Shown here in pieces: positions 1 to 10,679 of a DNA stretch of 64,000 bases. The position numbers and the translations under genes are program-made. Below the pieces are notes generated by a model, which saw only the letters and a list, made by a program, of their open reading frames with translations, was not told the DNA's origin and ran no database searches. The DNA comes from a virus. Its lineage: Duplodnaviria > Caudoviricetes. How positions within the stretch are numbered: the first letter of the stretch is position 1; each line of letters begins with the position of its first letter. The stretch is taken from IMG/VR virus record IMGVR_UViG_3300020048_000007, positions 128,001 through 192,000 of that record. The stretch is one strand, 5' to 3'.

Positions 1-875
1 TTCATAGTATCAAGCACAAATGCACCAATCCGACCTCTCACACCACCGCCTTTACGATAAGTCACAGTAATAACAGAGCCAATCTTTGGAGAACGACCAG
101 TAATATCATCACCAAACTGAATGGTTATACCCGTCGAACTAACAGTAACCTCAGCGACAGAATCATTCGGACCATATCTCTCAATAGGATCAAAAATCGG
201 GGTGTAGAAAGAAGCGACATTACCATAAACCACCTTGATAGTGATAGGGCTATCAAGAATGTTAGTATCAGCAATGTTTAAAACCTGGTTTGGACCGCCA
301 GCACTAATAACCGAATCGCTAGTCCCAGTAACACCCTCAATACCATAAGCTATCACACCACGTTTACCAGCTGGTATGACTATATCACCAGTAAAATCAA
401 AAGGCGATTTGAAGACCTCATAATTAAGCAGGGTATTATTAGGGCCGTTGATGCTTAACATCAGACCACCCTGAATCTGAATATCAGTGAAAGACGGGTT
501 GTCTATAGATACTTCAACATCAGTTATAGCAGGAGTGGCATTTCTAATCTTCTGGTTTATCAGAGCAAGATGGTTTATAACTGCTTGCTCTGTCCTTGCA
601 GTTGGTAAGGTCGATTCATTTGCAAGCAAATCCGCCCGAAGTGAAAGCTTAGCCACTATAGACGCCACGATTTCAGTTATCATCACAATGCCGTTACTAG
701 CGACAAAGTCATTAAACTGATCAGGAAAATACGTAGCGATATACTCATATATCGCTTTGCGAGAAGTATCGAAATCTAAGCCACTAAAATCGATCTTCCG
801 AAGCGACGCTGGTGTTAATGCAACGCCAAACTGCTCTGGATTCGTGGGAAGATCAAAGTAAGTCATATCAGCCAT
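1..875 (-). CDS. Baseplate wedge protein, T4 gp6-like / baseplate J family (partial, runs off left edge)
   Basis: Not in the ORF track because it has no stop in the window. Hand translation from ATG at 875: MADMTYFDLPTNPEQFGVALTPASLRKIDFSGLDFDTSRKAIYEYIATYFPDQFNDFVASNGIVMITE..., the LDFD / FNDF N-terminus typical of gp6. Follows the gp25-like gene. Confidence 0.75.
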   Translation of the reverse strand, partial: MADMTYFDLPTNPEQFGVALTPASLRKIDFSGLDFDTSRKAIYEYIATYFPDQFNDFVASNGIVMITEIVASIVAKLSLRADLLANESTLPTARTEQAVINHLALINQKIRNATPAITDVEVSIDNPSFTDIQIQGGLMLSINGPNNTLLNYEVFKSPFDFTGDIVIPAGKRGVIAYGIEGVTGTSDSVISAGGPNQVLNIADTNILDSPITIKVVYGNVASFYTPIFDPIERYGPNDSVAEVTVSSTGITIQFGDDITGRSPKIGSVITVTYRKGGGVRGRIGAFVLDTM

Positions 876-878
876 CTA

Positions 879-1259
879 TCATCCCCCAGAAACAAGTCTA
901 TCAATTGTGATGTACAGATTCGGGCTAACCTTAATCTGAGCCACCAAAAAAATCCTGAGTTCATTTGTATTATCGGTGGCGGTCAGATTTAGCTTAACCA
1001 CATTGACACGAGGTTCATGAGTCTTAATGGACTCACTGATGCTATCTCTAATAGCCAAAATCTGACGGCTATCTAGCTGCTCAAAAATCGAAGACCTCAA
1101 TATCGTACCGAATGTTGGCCTGAAAACCCTCTCGCCAGGCACAGTCAGTAACAATTGAAGCAAGTCATTCTTAATTAGCTGCTGATCTTCTTGCCGAGAT
1201 AAAATACCATTAGGACCACCATAGAACGCTGGGTTAAACCCGTAGAGTATCGCACTCAT
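879..1259 (-). CDS. Baseplate wedge protein, gp25/GPW family
   Basis: 126 aa with LLLTVPGERVFRPTFGT and HEPRV motifs characteristic of gp25; baseplate context. Confidence 0.85.
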   Translation of the reverse strand: MSAILYGFNPAFYGGPNGILSRQEDQQLIKNDLLQLLLTVPGERVFRPTFGTILRSSIFEQLDSRQILAIRDSISESIKTHEPRVNVVKLNLTATDNTNELRIFLVAQIKVSPNLYITIDRLVSGG

Positions 1260-1960
1260 TTTAACAACGCTCCTAATGATCTCAAAGCATCGGTTTCGGA
1301 AGACACTTGTAACTGAAGCGCAGCAATCTCGCTGTTTAGATTTCCCGCAATGATTATATTAGCAGACAGATCTGATTTCAGTTTCTCAATGTAGCTGGTC
1401 AGCGCACCGGTGCTATTTGCCAGCTCCAAGGCAGCTATGGCCTTGGTTGTATCGCTATTCTGTTTTGTCAAATTCAATAATGCAACGTTTTTGTTTGCTG
1501 CTTGTCTCTTCAGATCATTGATAGCTGTTGTTTTAAGATCAAAGCTTGATTGGATCGCTTGATTTATGACAGTAACGTCTGTTTCTTCTAGGCCAAGTTT
1601 TATAAAATCAAGATAATACAGATTATGGCTGAGATCTGAAATGTCTGACGTTATCTTATCAGCGTAAATCGCCGTGTCAATATCGCCAAATTCTAATATC
1701 TGCCCAACTTCGTATATCTTCTGACCAGACTGAACATTATTACCTTTGGCAGTTGAAACAGTGAATACCAAATCACCCAACTTGGTTCTATTGATTTCTA
1801 AACCATCAATTTGCCTGATTTCTTCGCCAGTTGGTATGGTTATAAAAAAGATGCTTGATCTAGATGGCGCATTATTGCTTATGTTATACGTTATATTAGT
1901 GCTAGCCAAAAATGTCGGCAACTGATCATAATATAATCCTGTTGGATACTTGATGATCAT
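1256..1960 (-). CDS. Hypothetical baseplate-associated protein with C-terminal coiled coil
   Basis: 234 aa, ATGA-coupled to both neighbours; heptad-like Leu/Ala/Ile pattern in the C-terminal half. Confidence 0.55.
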   Translation of the reverse strand: MIIKYPTGLYYDQLPTFLASTNITYNISNNAPSRSSIFFITIPTGEEIRQIDGLEINRTKLGDLVFTVSTAKGNNVQSGQKIYEVGQILEFGDIDTAIYADKITSDISDLSHNLYYLDFIKLGLEETDVTVINQAIQSSFDLKTTAINDLKRQAANKNVALLNLTKQNSDTTKAIAALELANSTGALTSYIEKLKSDLSANIIIAGNLNSEIAALQLQVSSETDALRSLGALLK

Positions 1961-4077
1961 ATTGGGTGCTCTATATCTTCCCTTGGTGCTGTATCAAAAG
2001 GACTATTGTATGTTTTAGCACGATCACCAGGGGATAATTTAGTATACTCTGATTTACCCAGACCAAAGACATTGTTCGCACCGGGATCTCTTCGGAACAA
2101 TTCAGCATGAACCTCAGAATCAGTTCTTACAAAATCCTGTATAGTGACCCTGGCGCTGCTAGAAGACAGATTAATGGCAGCTCCAGACTTCAAATTAAGA
2201 TTGCCACCAGCCTGCAGATTTAGATCACCACCGGCAATAATGTTGATGGCATTAGCGCAAAAAATCTCGACAGTACCATCTACCTCATTGTTTTGTATGA
2301 CTATCTTATGAGAAGTATCATCCAGAATCTGAAACATACTGCTGGACCTACCAGATCGCCAAACGCCGAGAGAGAGCTTCTTGCTAAACCAAAAACCACG
2401 CTCCTGACAATCGACCAACTCAACCCACGGACCATCACCGCTACTACCATCCCTAGCCTCAAGACCCTGGTTCGCTTCACCAGCATCAACGCCAGAGATC
2501 TCCACGGGCTTGTACGGAGCATTCCCCTTACCAGCTCTAGTCTTAAGCCTAATGTACTCATTGTCAAGATCTAATTTTAGGTGGTGCGATCCAGTCTCAG
2601 CATCAGTGGACATGATCGGCTTTCCGATAAATTCATTTTCTTTTATGCCTTGGTGTGACATTGGCCATTCCTGTCCAAGCCTTGTCGACATCATCATATA
2701 TTGATGTCTATCATTGATCTCAATTGTTTGGCCTAGTGGAGAACCCCATGTGCTATGATTTGTGCTATCGTTTTCATTGAATTCGAAATAATACCCTATC
2801 TCTGTCGCATCGTCATTACCTCTTTGGCACCCAGCATATCTTCTGCCCTTCATTAGTATACCATTACCGGTAGGATCTGGCTTTAATTCAGATTCCTTAG
2901 AGTCGCTGCCACGGTCATCTAGGACTATTTTATAACCGTGTCTTGTGACGAGCCTCATGAATCTAGCATCTTTGGCCTTCCAATATTCATCTTCTCTTTC
3001 AGTTTTAGTCCCCACCTCATCCAGCAAGAATCTTTTGACATAATTGTCTTCTTGAGGATCAAAACCTTTATCATATGCTTGGAATAGCATACCGCCTTTG
3101 GTTCTTATTTTTATCCAACGCTGGTCCTGCTCGGTCTCTCGTGACACATAGGCAGCTTCACCATATTCTGGCCTGCATTTAGAGTCTACGGGGCCGGGTT
3201 GAGCCCAACCAACATCGCGGCATTCTATCTTGTGACCGTACCTTGTTAGGGACTCTATGCGACGCTGGTCTGTGCCTGGCTCTCCAGTCTTTGGGTGGTC
3301 TTCATTCAATAGCTTCTGCAAATACAAATATCGCTTAATCTCAGTTATTCTGTCTTTATCTTGATCGTTGGTGATTTCACCAAAGTCACCGTCTTTCTTC
3401 CAGGTGTATCCTTGGTCACCCATTATGTGAATATGACCGTACCGTGTGGCTCTCACAAGATACTTCTTGTCAGGGTCGTTTTCGATGGGTGCTGTGGTCG
3501 AAGTCGCTAATATTGATTTCGCACCTGGGTCTAATTCAATTGGCGGCGGGGATATTTCATGTTCTTTTGGGAAGTATCCGATGCTCGATGAGTAATCGAT
3601 ATTACCATATCTGTCTTGGTATCCATACGACATCGGCCTCCCGTCCTTAGGAAGATAGGCGACATCGTAGTCTTCAAAAGCCTTCCTCTGACCCCTACTA
3701 TCATATGATAATGGTGTTATACTTGAGACCCGTGCTAACGGGTAATAGCCTCTTAATGTTGGTGTTGCATGTCCGATCCATACAGGACCGTATGGGTGTT
3801 GCTTTTCAAATTCGATCCAAACCCAGTCGCCTATACAAGGCATTGCGAATTCGCCAGAGTTAACCCCACCAAGCCTGGAAGCTGATGAAGCCCATGGGCA
3901 TTCTTCTGGCTTTAAGTCAAAGTCATGCAGTTCTGGGCACTTGAATCTTATTCTGTTCATGCATAATGGATCGTTGGTCTCTGCTACCTGTGCTCTATAT
4001 ATGCCTGGGAATCTTACCCCTAGTGGCTTGTGTCTATCTTCGAAAAATCGACCCCAGACCACGCTTGCTACGTCCAT
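1957..4077 (-). CDS. Baseplate central spike, gp5/VgrG-like (OB-fold plus beta-helix repeats)
   Basis: N-terminal YRAQVAETNDPLCMNRIRFKCP...WAS...MPCIGDWVWIEFEKQHPYGPVWIG is the gp5/Vgr OB-fold signature; recurring TRxGxxI motifs; C-terminal AINIIAGGDLNLQAGGNLNLKSG beta-helix. Confidence 0.8.
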   Translation of the reverse strand: MDVASVVWGRFFEDRHKPLGVRFPGIYRAQVAETNDPLCMNRIRFKCPELHDFDLKPEECPWASSASRLGGVNSGEFAMPCIGDWVWIEFEKQHPYGPVWIGHATPTLRGYYPLARVSSITPLSYDSRGQRKAFEDYDVAYLPKDGRPMSYGYQDRYGNIDYSSSIGYFPKEHEISPPPIELDPGAKSILATSTTAPIENDPDKKYLVRATRYGHIHIMGDQGYTWKKDGDFGEITNDQDKDRITEIKRYLYLQKLLNEDHPKTGEPGTDQRRIESLTRYGHKIECRDVGWAQPGPVDSKCRPEYGEAAYVSRETEQDQRWIKIRTKGGMLFQAYDKGFDPQEDNYVKRFLLDEVGTKTEREDEYWKAKDARFMRLVTRHGYKIVLDDRGSDSKESELKPDPTGNGILMKGRRYAGCQRGNDDATEIGYYFEFNENDSTNHSTWGSPLGQTIEINDRHQYMMMSTRLGQEWPMSHQGIKENEFIGKPIMSTDAETGSHHLKLDLDNEYIRLKTRAGKGNAPYKPVEISGVDAGEANQGLEARDGSSGDGPWVELVDCQERGFWFSKKLSLGVWRSGRSSSMFQILDDTSHKIVIQNNEVDGTVEIFCANAINIIAGGDLNLQAGGNLNLKSGAAINLSSSSARVTIQDFVRTDSEVHAELFRRDPGANNVFGLGKSEYTKLSPGDRAKTYNSPFDTAPREDIEHPI

Positions 4078-4403
4078 CAGTCATTCTCTCCAGCAATGCC
4101 AGTCTGTACAACTGAGCGTATAGGGTACTTTAATTGCAGACCCGTAGGTGGCCAATTAAGTACGTCAGTCACGTTATTGAATGCAATCAGAACCCAATCA
4201 AAGTACGGTGTGCCGTATAGCATATTACTTATTAAATCCGGCCTCCCATTGTGATTGGATTGGACCACATATGTTTTTACATAGTCACTAGAAAGAGTCT
4301 TAGTCAAAAAACTCGGTGGTGTCCATGTATCAACTGTTTCTACGTTGTCAAATATGACTGTTTCTGTGCGCCTGAAGCGTGAATAGCTATTGAATTTCAT
4401 CAA
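4077..4403 (-). CDS. Baseplate wedge protein, gp53/LysM-like
   Basis: YVVQSNHNGRPDLISNMLYGTPYFDWVLIAFNNVTD matches the RPDxIS-LYG-W-I-N pattern of gp53-like proteins. Confidence 0.7.
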   Translation of the reverse strand: MMKFNSYSRFRRTETVIFDNVETVDTWTPPSFLTKTLSSDYVKTYVVQSNHNGRPDLISNMLYGTPYFDWVLIAFNNVTDVLNWPPTGLQLKYPIRSVVQTGIAGEND

Positions 4404-4960
4404 TACCAGCTTTCTTGTGTTCCTTCGTCACTCTCAAGACCGTTTTTGGGTTCGTTTCCTCCGGATAGCGGCATAAAGTTCCACCATAGTACCAAGTCGA
4501 AGGACACGTCAGTTCTTAGTGGATGTACGTCACTACCTTCCCCAACATATCTGTCGCTATGCTTTATATTCAGATTTCTCATAAAGAAAGTCGTTTCGCC
4601 GTCACCACCCATATTCCAAAATTTGGCCAAAATCCCAGCCTTTTCAGCAGAAATTAAATCTTTTAAATTAAAAAAATACGATCTGAAATATTGCACAGCT
4701 CTCCTAACAGACCCAACCGTCCACAAATCACCGTCCACAATATAGCTAGTTTCTATAGAATAGTATCTTTCATTTGGCCCAGCATACGTAAATGCTGGGT
4801 ATATTCCGATAACTTTCGCACCCTCATCTTTAAAATCACCAGACATTGAATTAGCAGTGATTTTAGGTGGAAACTGGAACTCCTGCTGAGGACCTTCTGG
4901 CCACTTCAATACAAAAGATGATGCTAGCTCAAGATCTTGTGATGCATATCGCATTGCCAT
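4400..4960 (-). CDS. Putative tail tube initiator / baseplate protein
   Basis: 186 aa between tape measure and gp53-like genes, the usual position of tube initiators; beta-rich sequence; assignment mostly from synteny. Confidence 0.45.
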   Translation of the reverse strand: MAMRYASQDLELASSFVLKWPEGPQQEFQFPPKITANSMSGDFKDEGAKVIGIYPAFTYAGPNERYYSIETSYIVDGDLWTVGSVRRAVQYFRSYFFNLKDLISAEKAGILAKFWNMGGDGETTFFMRNLNIKHSDRYVGEGSDVHPLRTDVSFDLVLWWNFMPLSGGNEPKNGLESDEGTQESWY

Positions 4961-4961
4961 G

Positions 4962-7900
4962 TTAGCTCACCCATGCGTTGTAACTGGTGGAGACACTTTG
5001 ACGGTTTCTCAGCTCGATTAATTGCTCATCCATTAAACTGATCATTTTGTCACCTAAGATACTACTTTGTTTCTTCATCTCTGATAACTCGTAAAGCATA
5101 GCAGCTAGAACGTCTTTCTCTCCAGAATTCTGAGAATCTGTCGTACCACCCTCAGTCCTGGTGGTCGTCTTAACATTCTTAATTGGCTCAGCTGCAGCAC
5201 CTAACTTAGGAGATAAGAAGCCAGCTAATATAGCTTTGAAAGGATTAGAAGACAAGTCGAAGATAGCTGTGTTCAGCCTCTCTACTGAAGCTGTTATCCT
5301 GTCAATCGGGTCTATTATTAGACTAGCGGAATCAGTAAGACTCGTACTCCCCTCTGCCAACACCTGCGATAACTGGCCAATAATGCTGGAGTCTACCGAT
5401 CCAAGGCTAGTGAACGCTGCAAATCCGGCAGTAATAGAGTCACCGGCGCTCTTTAATGCATCACCTATAGCACTCAGCACAAGAGACTGTTGAAGCATTA
5501 CATTCAAGTCGAACGCATTGAGGAAGCCATCCAATGCCGTTAGTACGCTCCTGCTCGTCACTACGGCTTCAGCCGCCCCAGCTATATCAGCAACAGCAGC
5601 GACCATGATCTTGCTGCCCTCTGATATATCAGTCATTAACTTTCTGTATTTCTCTCCGAATTCGACTGGCACATTAGTCGCTGACAAGACACCCATGTCG
5701 CCGCTTATCTTATTGACATCAAGTTCAGTATCGCCACCAAGGCCAAACCATCCAGCTATTGTTTTTGCTGCACTAGCTATTAGCTTTGTCACTGGGTTAT
5801 TCATAAATCCTTCATATAATCCACTTATGATATTACCACCTATTTCCATCATTTTAGTTGATGGTGAAGCGATACCAAACATGCTCAAGATTCTGCCAGC
5901 TGTATTGTCCCAAATCCACTGGCCAATATCAGCAAGACCATTGATAACACTCTTAACACCCTCGATAAGACCATATATCATATTCATACCAAGATCAGCC
6001 ATAACAGTGGACGGCGAAGCAACACCCAATAATCTGACAAGCCTTCCGAAGGTATTATCATATATCCAATAACCTATATCTATTAATTTAGATAATCCCC
6101 ATTTTATGCCCATAACGAGCCCTTCAATGAGCGCAACCCCAAGATCAGTGAATGCTTTTCCTAGACCATATGCCAAGTCAGTTGTCCACTTCCAAATATT
6201 TTTCTCAATGTACTCTATCGAACTCCACCAAAAATTAACGATATCAGCAAAAGAAAGTTTTGAGACGTCAGAGAAAAAATTCGAGATAGCCCTATAAACC
6301 CTATCAAACGCATCACTTATGCCATTTATCACCCATTGTACAGTCTCAAAACTCATAAGCCAATCATATATTAGGCCAAGACCTTCGATAAAAGGAGAGA
6401 CCAATTCATCAATTATCCATGACATCCATTCATAAACTTTGGTTAAAACAACCACAAAAGCTTTAAAAGCGATATTAGCCAAATAAAATATCACTTTAGC
6501 GATCTCCATAAATCCAATAACCATTCTCTTAACAATCAAGTACACTGGGACAATCACAACAGTAAGTGCAATCATAATAACCTTAGCCAAAGTCTTGAAC
6601 GCTGTCCATAATGCTTCTACGACCTTGCAAGCAGCATTAAAACCGACCATAATATACCCACCAAGTACCTTTAGCCCACCATACACATAATCGACCACAC
6701 TACGCACCGACTCAAACCGCTCATATAGCTTATAAACAGCAGCGGCAGCAAGAATCAACCATCCAATAGGTCCAAAAAGAATGCCAAGAGAAATAGCAAG
6801 AGCAGCCACAGCTACATCCATAATCTTCAAGTTACTCACGAACTGCTTAATGGCCGGAATAATCTTATCAATAATGAACCTTACAAAAGTCAAACTCTCA
6901 GCCCATTCGATCAACAGTTTTACCTGCTCCCAAACCTCCTGCCCATACGTGACCAGATAAGTCCCGAACACCTTTAACTTGTCATAAAGATATTGAACTG
7001 CATCCCCAACACTGTCGAACTTGTAATAAAGGATAGTAAGAGCAGCAACCACCGCTATGACCACCAAGACATATGGGCTTAATAATGCGCTACCAAAAGC
7101 TAACGCCGCATTAAAAGCACCCAATGCAATAGTACTCAGACTTGTAGCCCCTGTAAAAATACCCATCACTACACTAGCAGCCCCGACTATAACATTTCTA
7201 ACGAGCATGACTGCATTGTACAAAGCTGTTCTCACCGTTGCTAACCGTTCCGTTAATCCTAGCTCCACCATAGCTGCCCTAAACTTTGAAACCATAATGT
7301 ACGCTGAAGTTAAAACGCTTACCAGAGAAAGCAGAGCGACACCAGCCAGAACCACCCCCGCCACGAAAATCCGGACCATCTTGGCTGTGACACCATTGCT
7401 TTCACCAAATTTTCTTAATTGGTTCCCTAACCTCTCGACCACAGCAGTGATCGGTTTTAACACAAAACTTACAGCTTGGAATATATCATAAAGACCCTTG
7501 CCAAGAACACCATTAAGCAATCCAAAGAAAGCGTTAATCCTAGTTCTAAGCATACCGATTTGGCCAGTCAAAGTCCCCATGGATTCTGTGAAATCGCTAG
7601 CAGCCTGCTCGGCCTGCTTGATCTTCATGAAATCTTCAACCGCTTTTAAATCGTTCTTATTTAGTTTACCAGATTTCGCAGCCTTGTCTAATTCAGCGTT
7701 CAGTCTTAATTGTGCGTCAATTTGCTTTTCCGTTAAGCCAGTCATGCTGGCTACAGCTCTCATTTGCGCTTTGACACGGAGCGCTTCCATCGGGTCGTTT
7801 TTCGCTTTTTCTAAATCCTCAAGCGTCAGTCCAGCAGTCTTGGCCGCTTTAGCAATGAGCATAGGCATAGCAGTTAATCTATCTTCCGGCGTTTTCAGCG

Positions 7901-9035
7901 TTAAGCCTAATTGCTTTGCAAATGAGTCAAATAATACCATCTTTTGGGGGTCTAAAGCCACTTTTAATGACGCGGCCATTTCATCAGCATCAGCACCTAT
8001 ACTCTTGGCAAAGCCCTTAAAAATAAGCTGAGACTGTTTAAATATTTCCATCGATGTGACAAGGTTGCCATTGGAATCCCTTGTACGCCCAGCAAGTTTA
8101 CCAAAAGATATCTCTAAATCAACGACCGATACAGATGTGTCATTTAAAACACTAGCCACATCTTCCGAATTAAGCCCATACTTCCTCATAGCATCAGCGC
8201 TATAACCCATTATACGGTTAAATGATTGAGTATCACCGCCAGCGAATCTGTTTTGTCTGCTGAATTCTGCTAACTGTGTGATACCGACACCCAGATATTG
8301 ATTGGCCTTTAAAATAGAGTCACCAAGTTCGACCATCTGTTCCTTCGGCATCGCCAAGTTACCCAGCGCTTGAACTACTTCATATGCCTTCTCAGATGCG
8401 ATGCCAGTGGATAATGCTAACTGCCTTGAAGTGGCGACCAAGCCAGTTTGAGTGTCATATAGCCTAAAATTCGTAGTCACGAAATTCTGAGTCGCTTTAT
8501 CGGAATCTACAATATTTCTTAAAATTAACAGACCAACTTGGCGAAACCCGTCAAAAGCAGCTCGTAGACGCATAGCGCCTTCTATCTGATCATCGATAAC
8601 TTCAACAGCCGATTTTAGATTAGAATTTACTTCTTTTGATATATCAACGTCATTCTGTAAGAGTTTATTCTGCTCTAAGTGGCCTTTGTTCTTAGTCTTT
8701 ACAGCGTCGACTAAAATTACAGCTTCTTTGTTTATATCCTTAAATGTTTTTAAGTCTTTTTCTTCTAGCGATATGGGTTTTGACGTTTTCGCGATTTGGA
8801 GGTCTTTGGTCTGTTTACCGAATAGCGAAAATATCTTGTTAACATCTTTAAAAGTGGTAAGACTGTTACTGCCCAGGTTTGCAATAGTCCCAACAGCTTT
8901 TTTAACGCTGCTAGAAACCGTTCCTTCTAAATTTATGAACTTCTTTGATATATCGTCAATCGCGTTATCAGCCAAACCGCGTTCAAGATTGAGCTGCATT
9001 GTCAATGCAGCTACTGTCGGGTCAATCTCAGGCAT
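4962..9035 (-). CDS. Tail tape measure protein
   Basis: 1357 aa, Ala/Leu/Gly-rich helical, hydrophobic mid-section, two G(V/I)ASPST repeats typical of TMPs; RBS AGGAG upstream; position in tail module. Confidence 0.85.
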   Translation of the reverse strand: MPEIDPTVAALTMQLNLERGLADNAIDDISKKFINLEGTVSSSVKKAVGTIANLGSNSLTTFKDVNKIFSLFGKQTKDLQIAKTSKPISLEEKDLKTFKDINKEAVILVDAVKTKNKGHLEQNKLLQNDVDISKEVNSNLKSAVEVIDDQIEGAMRLRAAFDGFRQVGLLILRNIVDSDKATQNFVTTNFRLYDTQTGLVATSRQLALSTGIASEKAYEVVQALGNLAMPKEQMVELGDSILKANQYLGVGITQLAEFSRQNRFAGGDTQSFNRIMGYSADAMRKYGLNSEDVASVLNDTSVSVVDLEISFGKLAGRTRDSNGNLVTSMEIFKQSQLIFKGFAKSIGADADEMAASLKVALDPQKMVLFDSFAKQLGLTLKTPEDRLTAMPMLIAKAAKTAGLTLEDLEKAKNDPMEALRVKAQMRAVASMTGLTEKQIDAQLRLNAELDKAAKSGKLNKNDLKAVEDFMKIKQAEQAASDFTESMGTLTGQIGMLRTRINAFFGLLNGVLGKGLYDIFQAVSFVLKPITAVVERLGNQLRKFGESNGVTAKMVRIFVAGVVLAGVALLSLVSVLTSAYIMVSKFRAAMVELGLTERLATVRTALYNAVMLVRNVIVGAASVVMGIFTGATSLSTIALGAFNAALAFGSALLSPYVLVVIAVVAALTILYYKFDSVGDAVQYLYDKLKVFGTYLVTYGQEVWEQVKLLIEWAESLTFVRFIIDKIIPAIKQFVSNLKIMDVAVAALAISLGILFGPIGWLILAAAAVYKLYERFESVRSVVDYVYGGLKVLGGYIMVGFNAACKVVEALWTAFKTLAKVIMIALTVVIVPVYLIVKRMVIGFMEIAKVIFYLANIAFKAFVVVLTKVYEWMSWIIDELVSPFIEGLGLIYDWLMSFETVQWVINGISDAFDRVYRAISNFFSDVSKLSFADIVNFWWSSIEYIEKNIWKWTTDLAYGLGKAFTDLGVALIEGLVMGIKWGLSKLIDIGYWIYDNTFGRLVRLLGVASPSTVMADLGMNMIYGLIEGVKSVINGLADIGQWIWDNTAGRILSMFGIASPSTKMMEIGGNIISGLYEGFMNNPVTKLIASAAKTIAGWFGLGGDTELDVNKISGDMGVLSATNVPVEFGEKYRKLMTDISEGSKIMVAAVADIAGAAEAVVTSRSVLTALDGFLNAFDLNVMLQQSLVLSAIGDALKSAGDSITAGFAAFTSLGSVDSSIIGQLSQVLAEGSTSLTDSASLIIDPIDRITASVERLNTAIFDLSSNPFKAILAGFLSPKLGAAAEPIKNVKTTTRTEGGTTDSQNSGEKDVLAAMLYELSEMKKQSSILGDKMISLMDEQLIELRNRQSVSTSYNAWVS

Positions 9036-9085
9036 ATCTACAGTCTCCTAATAATATATTTAAGCTTGAATCACCATTTTGCCTT

Positions 9086-10405
9086 TCAGAACACGGGAGG
9101 ACCGGCTTTGACAGCACTAGCATCCTGGTCAGGCCGACTGATGAAGAGCTCCGTATACCATTTTCCGGCGTATAGTTTTTGTCGGAACCCATACACAGTC
9201 CAATAACCATACATCCAATATTCAGTATCGTCATCGCTCCTGGAAATAGTCCGCTGCCAGTTCATGAAGATAACATCAGTGCCAAGCCCATACGTATCGA
9301 TGTATTCTCCGTGGCCCATCACTTTAACTCTCATCTTTACAACGGAGTAAAGCATATTTAGATATTGATTTTTACCACGACCATCAATATAATCACGGTA
9401 ATCAAGCCCTAAATCACCAGAAGTGTAATATTCTGGGATCGGCATCACGTGAGTACCACCGTATATTGGAGGACCATCGGGTGGCCCATCTAGCGGCTTT
9501 TTAAAACTATGGTCGACTTCAATAACTGGAATAATTTTCTGGGTGGTAGTTGCGTCTTTTGCTACTGTATAGACTTCTTTAGGATCTGTGATCTTATCAA
9601 TATATTCACCGGTCGTAGCACTCGTACCGTATGAAAATATCTTCACAGCCGCAAGTTTTAGAGCATTATTAGTCTCTGTGACTGCTTCCATGACCATCTC
9701 GTATTTTTCATCAGTCTGCCTCTTGTAGAAACCACGCAGTCTTGGTTTGATACTACCTTGGTCACTGATCTTTAATTTTTTCCCATCTACCTGCACTATC
9801 CAGTTGGTCATTGTTTTATTCAGAGGTACAGACCATTCGAGGAGAGACATTATAAAGGTCTTGGCATCCTGCCTCATCATGTAGTGGCGGTTTGCTTCGC
9901 TGTCTTTGGTCTTGTCGATTTCTAATTTTATCTCTGGCGCGTATTTCTTAACGACTTGTTGAATTACTTGATCTACTCTTCCTTTGTATGATTTCCCGCT
10001 GGCATCACCGAGATTCAAGTAGTAAGACGCTGGATCTATTGCTACGACTTTACAGTATATTCTATCATCTACAGGAGTAGTGAACTCAAAGTGGGTTATA
10101 ATAGCTTCTTGTACTTTAGTCATTTCTTCTGGGACACGCCAAGAATCTCCCGGTCCAGATCTAAATCTAAAGTAGACATAAATCGGCTCTTTGCGAGCTG
10201 ATTGCATATATTCAGTCTTTTGAAAATTCGACAGCAATCTTTGCTCTGGGTCTGAGATGTTAGCTTCTAGAACATACCCAGAGTTCATCATCCCCATCAT
10301 TTCCATATTATTAACCGCGAACCCCCAATCTATGCCATCCGGATCGTTGCTAAATTTAAGATATACCGTTGGCATCGCTGCTGAATAAGGAACTGGTGCG
10401 GCCAT
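9086..10405 (-). CDS. Putative baseplate hub protein (gp27/gpD-like)
   Basis: 439 aa; SYKGRVDQVIQQVVKKY, MRQDAKTFIMSLLEW and a terminal beta-barrel pattern (VKVMGH...YWMYGYWTVYGFRQ) resemble gp27/late control D hubs. Confidence 0.55.
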   Translation of the reverse strand: MAAPVPYSAAMPTVYLKFSNDPDGIDWGFAVNNMEMMGMMNSGYVLEANISDPEQRLLSNFQKTEYMQSARKEPIYVYFRFRSGPGDSWRVPEEMTKVQEAIITHFEFTTPVDDRIYCKVVAIDPASYYLNLGDASGKSYKGRVDQVIQQVVKKYAPEIKLEIDKTKDSEANRHYMMRQDAKTFIMSLLEWSVPLNKTMTNWIVQVDGKKLKISDQGSIKPRLRGFYKRQTDEKYEMVMEAVTETNNALKLAAVKIFSYGTSATTGEYIDKITDPKEVYTVAKDATTTQKIIPVIEVDHSFKKPLDGPPDGPPIYGGTHVMPIPEYYTSGDLGLDYRDYIDGRGKNQYLNMLYSVVKMRVKVMGHGEYIDTYGLGTDVIFMNWQRTISRSDDDTEYWMYGYWTVYGFRQKLYAGKWYTELFISRPDQDASAVKAGPPVF

Positions 10406-10679
10406 GGAATTATTACACCTTAGATCGAATAGGGATCAAGTAGTTTTCCTATATTTATGCTTTAACGATTCAGCAACCAAAACATACGGACTAAAATCAG
10501 AGAAAGTGCCAGAAGATGAAGCTGATAAAATAAAACAATCATATAGCACATTAAGGAATATGAAAAAAGAATCACATATACTATGGCTTAAAGAAAACGC
10601 ACCAATAGCTTATAAGCAAGCATATAGAGAACTAGACTTAACTTCTTATACGCTTCTTGGAAGATATCAACTCAGATAA
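10404..10679 (+). CDS. Hypothetical protein
   Basis: 91 aa ORF fills the gap between hub and primase; A-rich coding-like composition; start uncertain. Confidence 0.5.
   Translation: MELLHLRSNRDQVVFLYLCFNDSATKTYGLKSEKVPEDEADKIKQSYSTLRNMKKESHILWLKENAPIAYKQAYRELDLTSYTLLGRYQLR

Noticed and set aside
5161-9051. Several 110-184-aa plus-strand ORFs opposite the tape measure gene (also 15754-16329 opposite the sheath)
   Set aside because: Antisense shadows of strongly biased genes; no RBS or protein-like motifs
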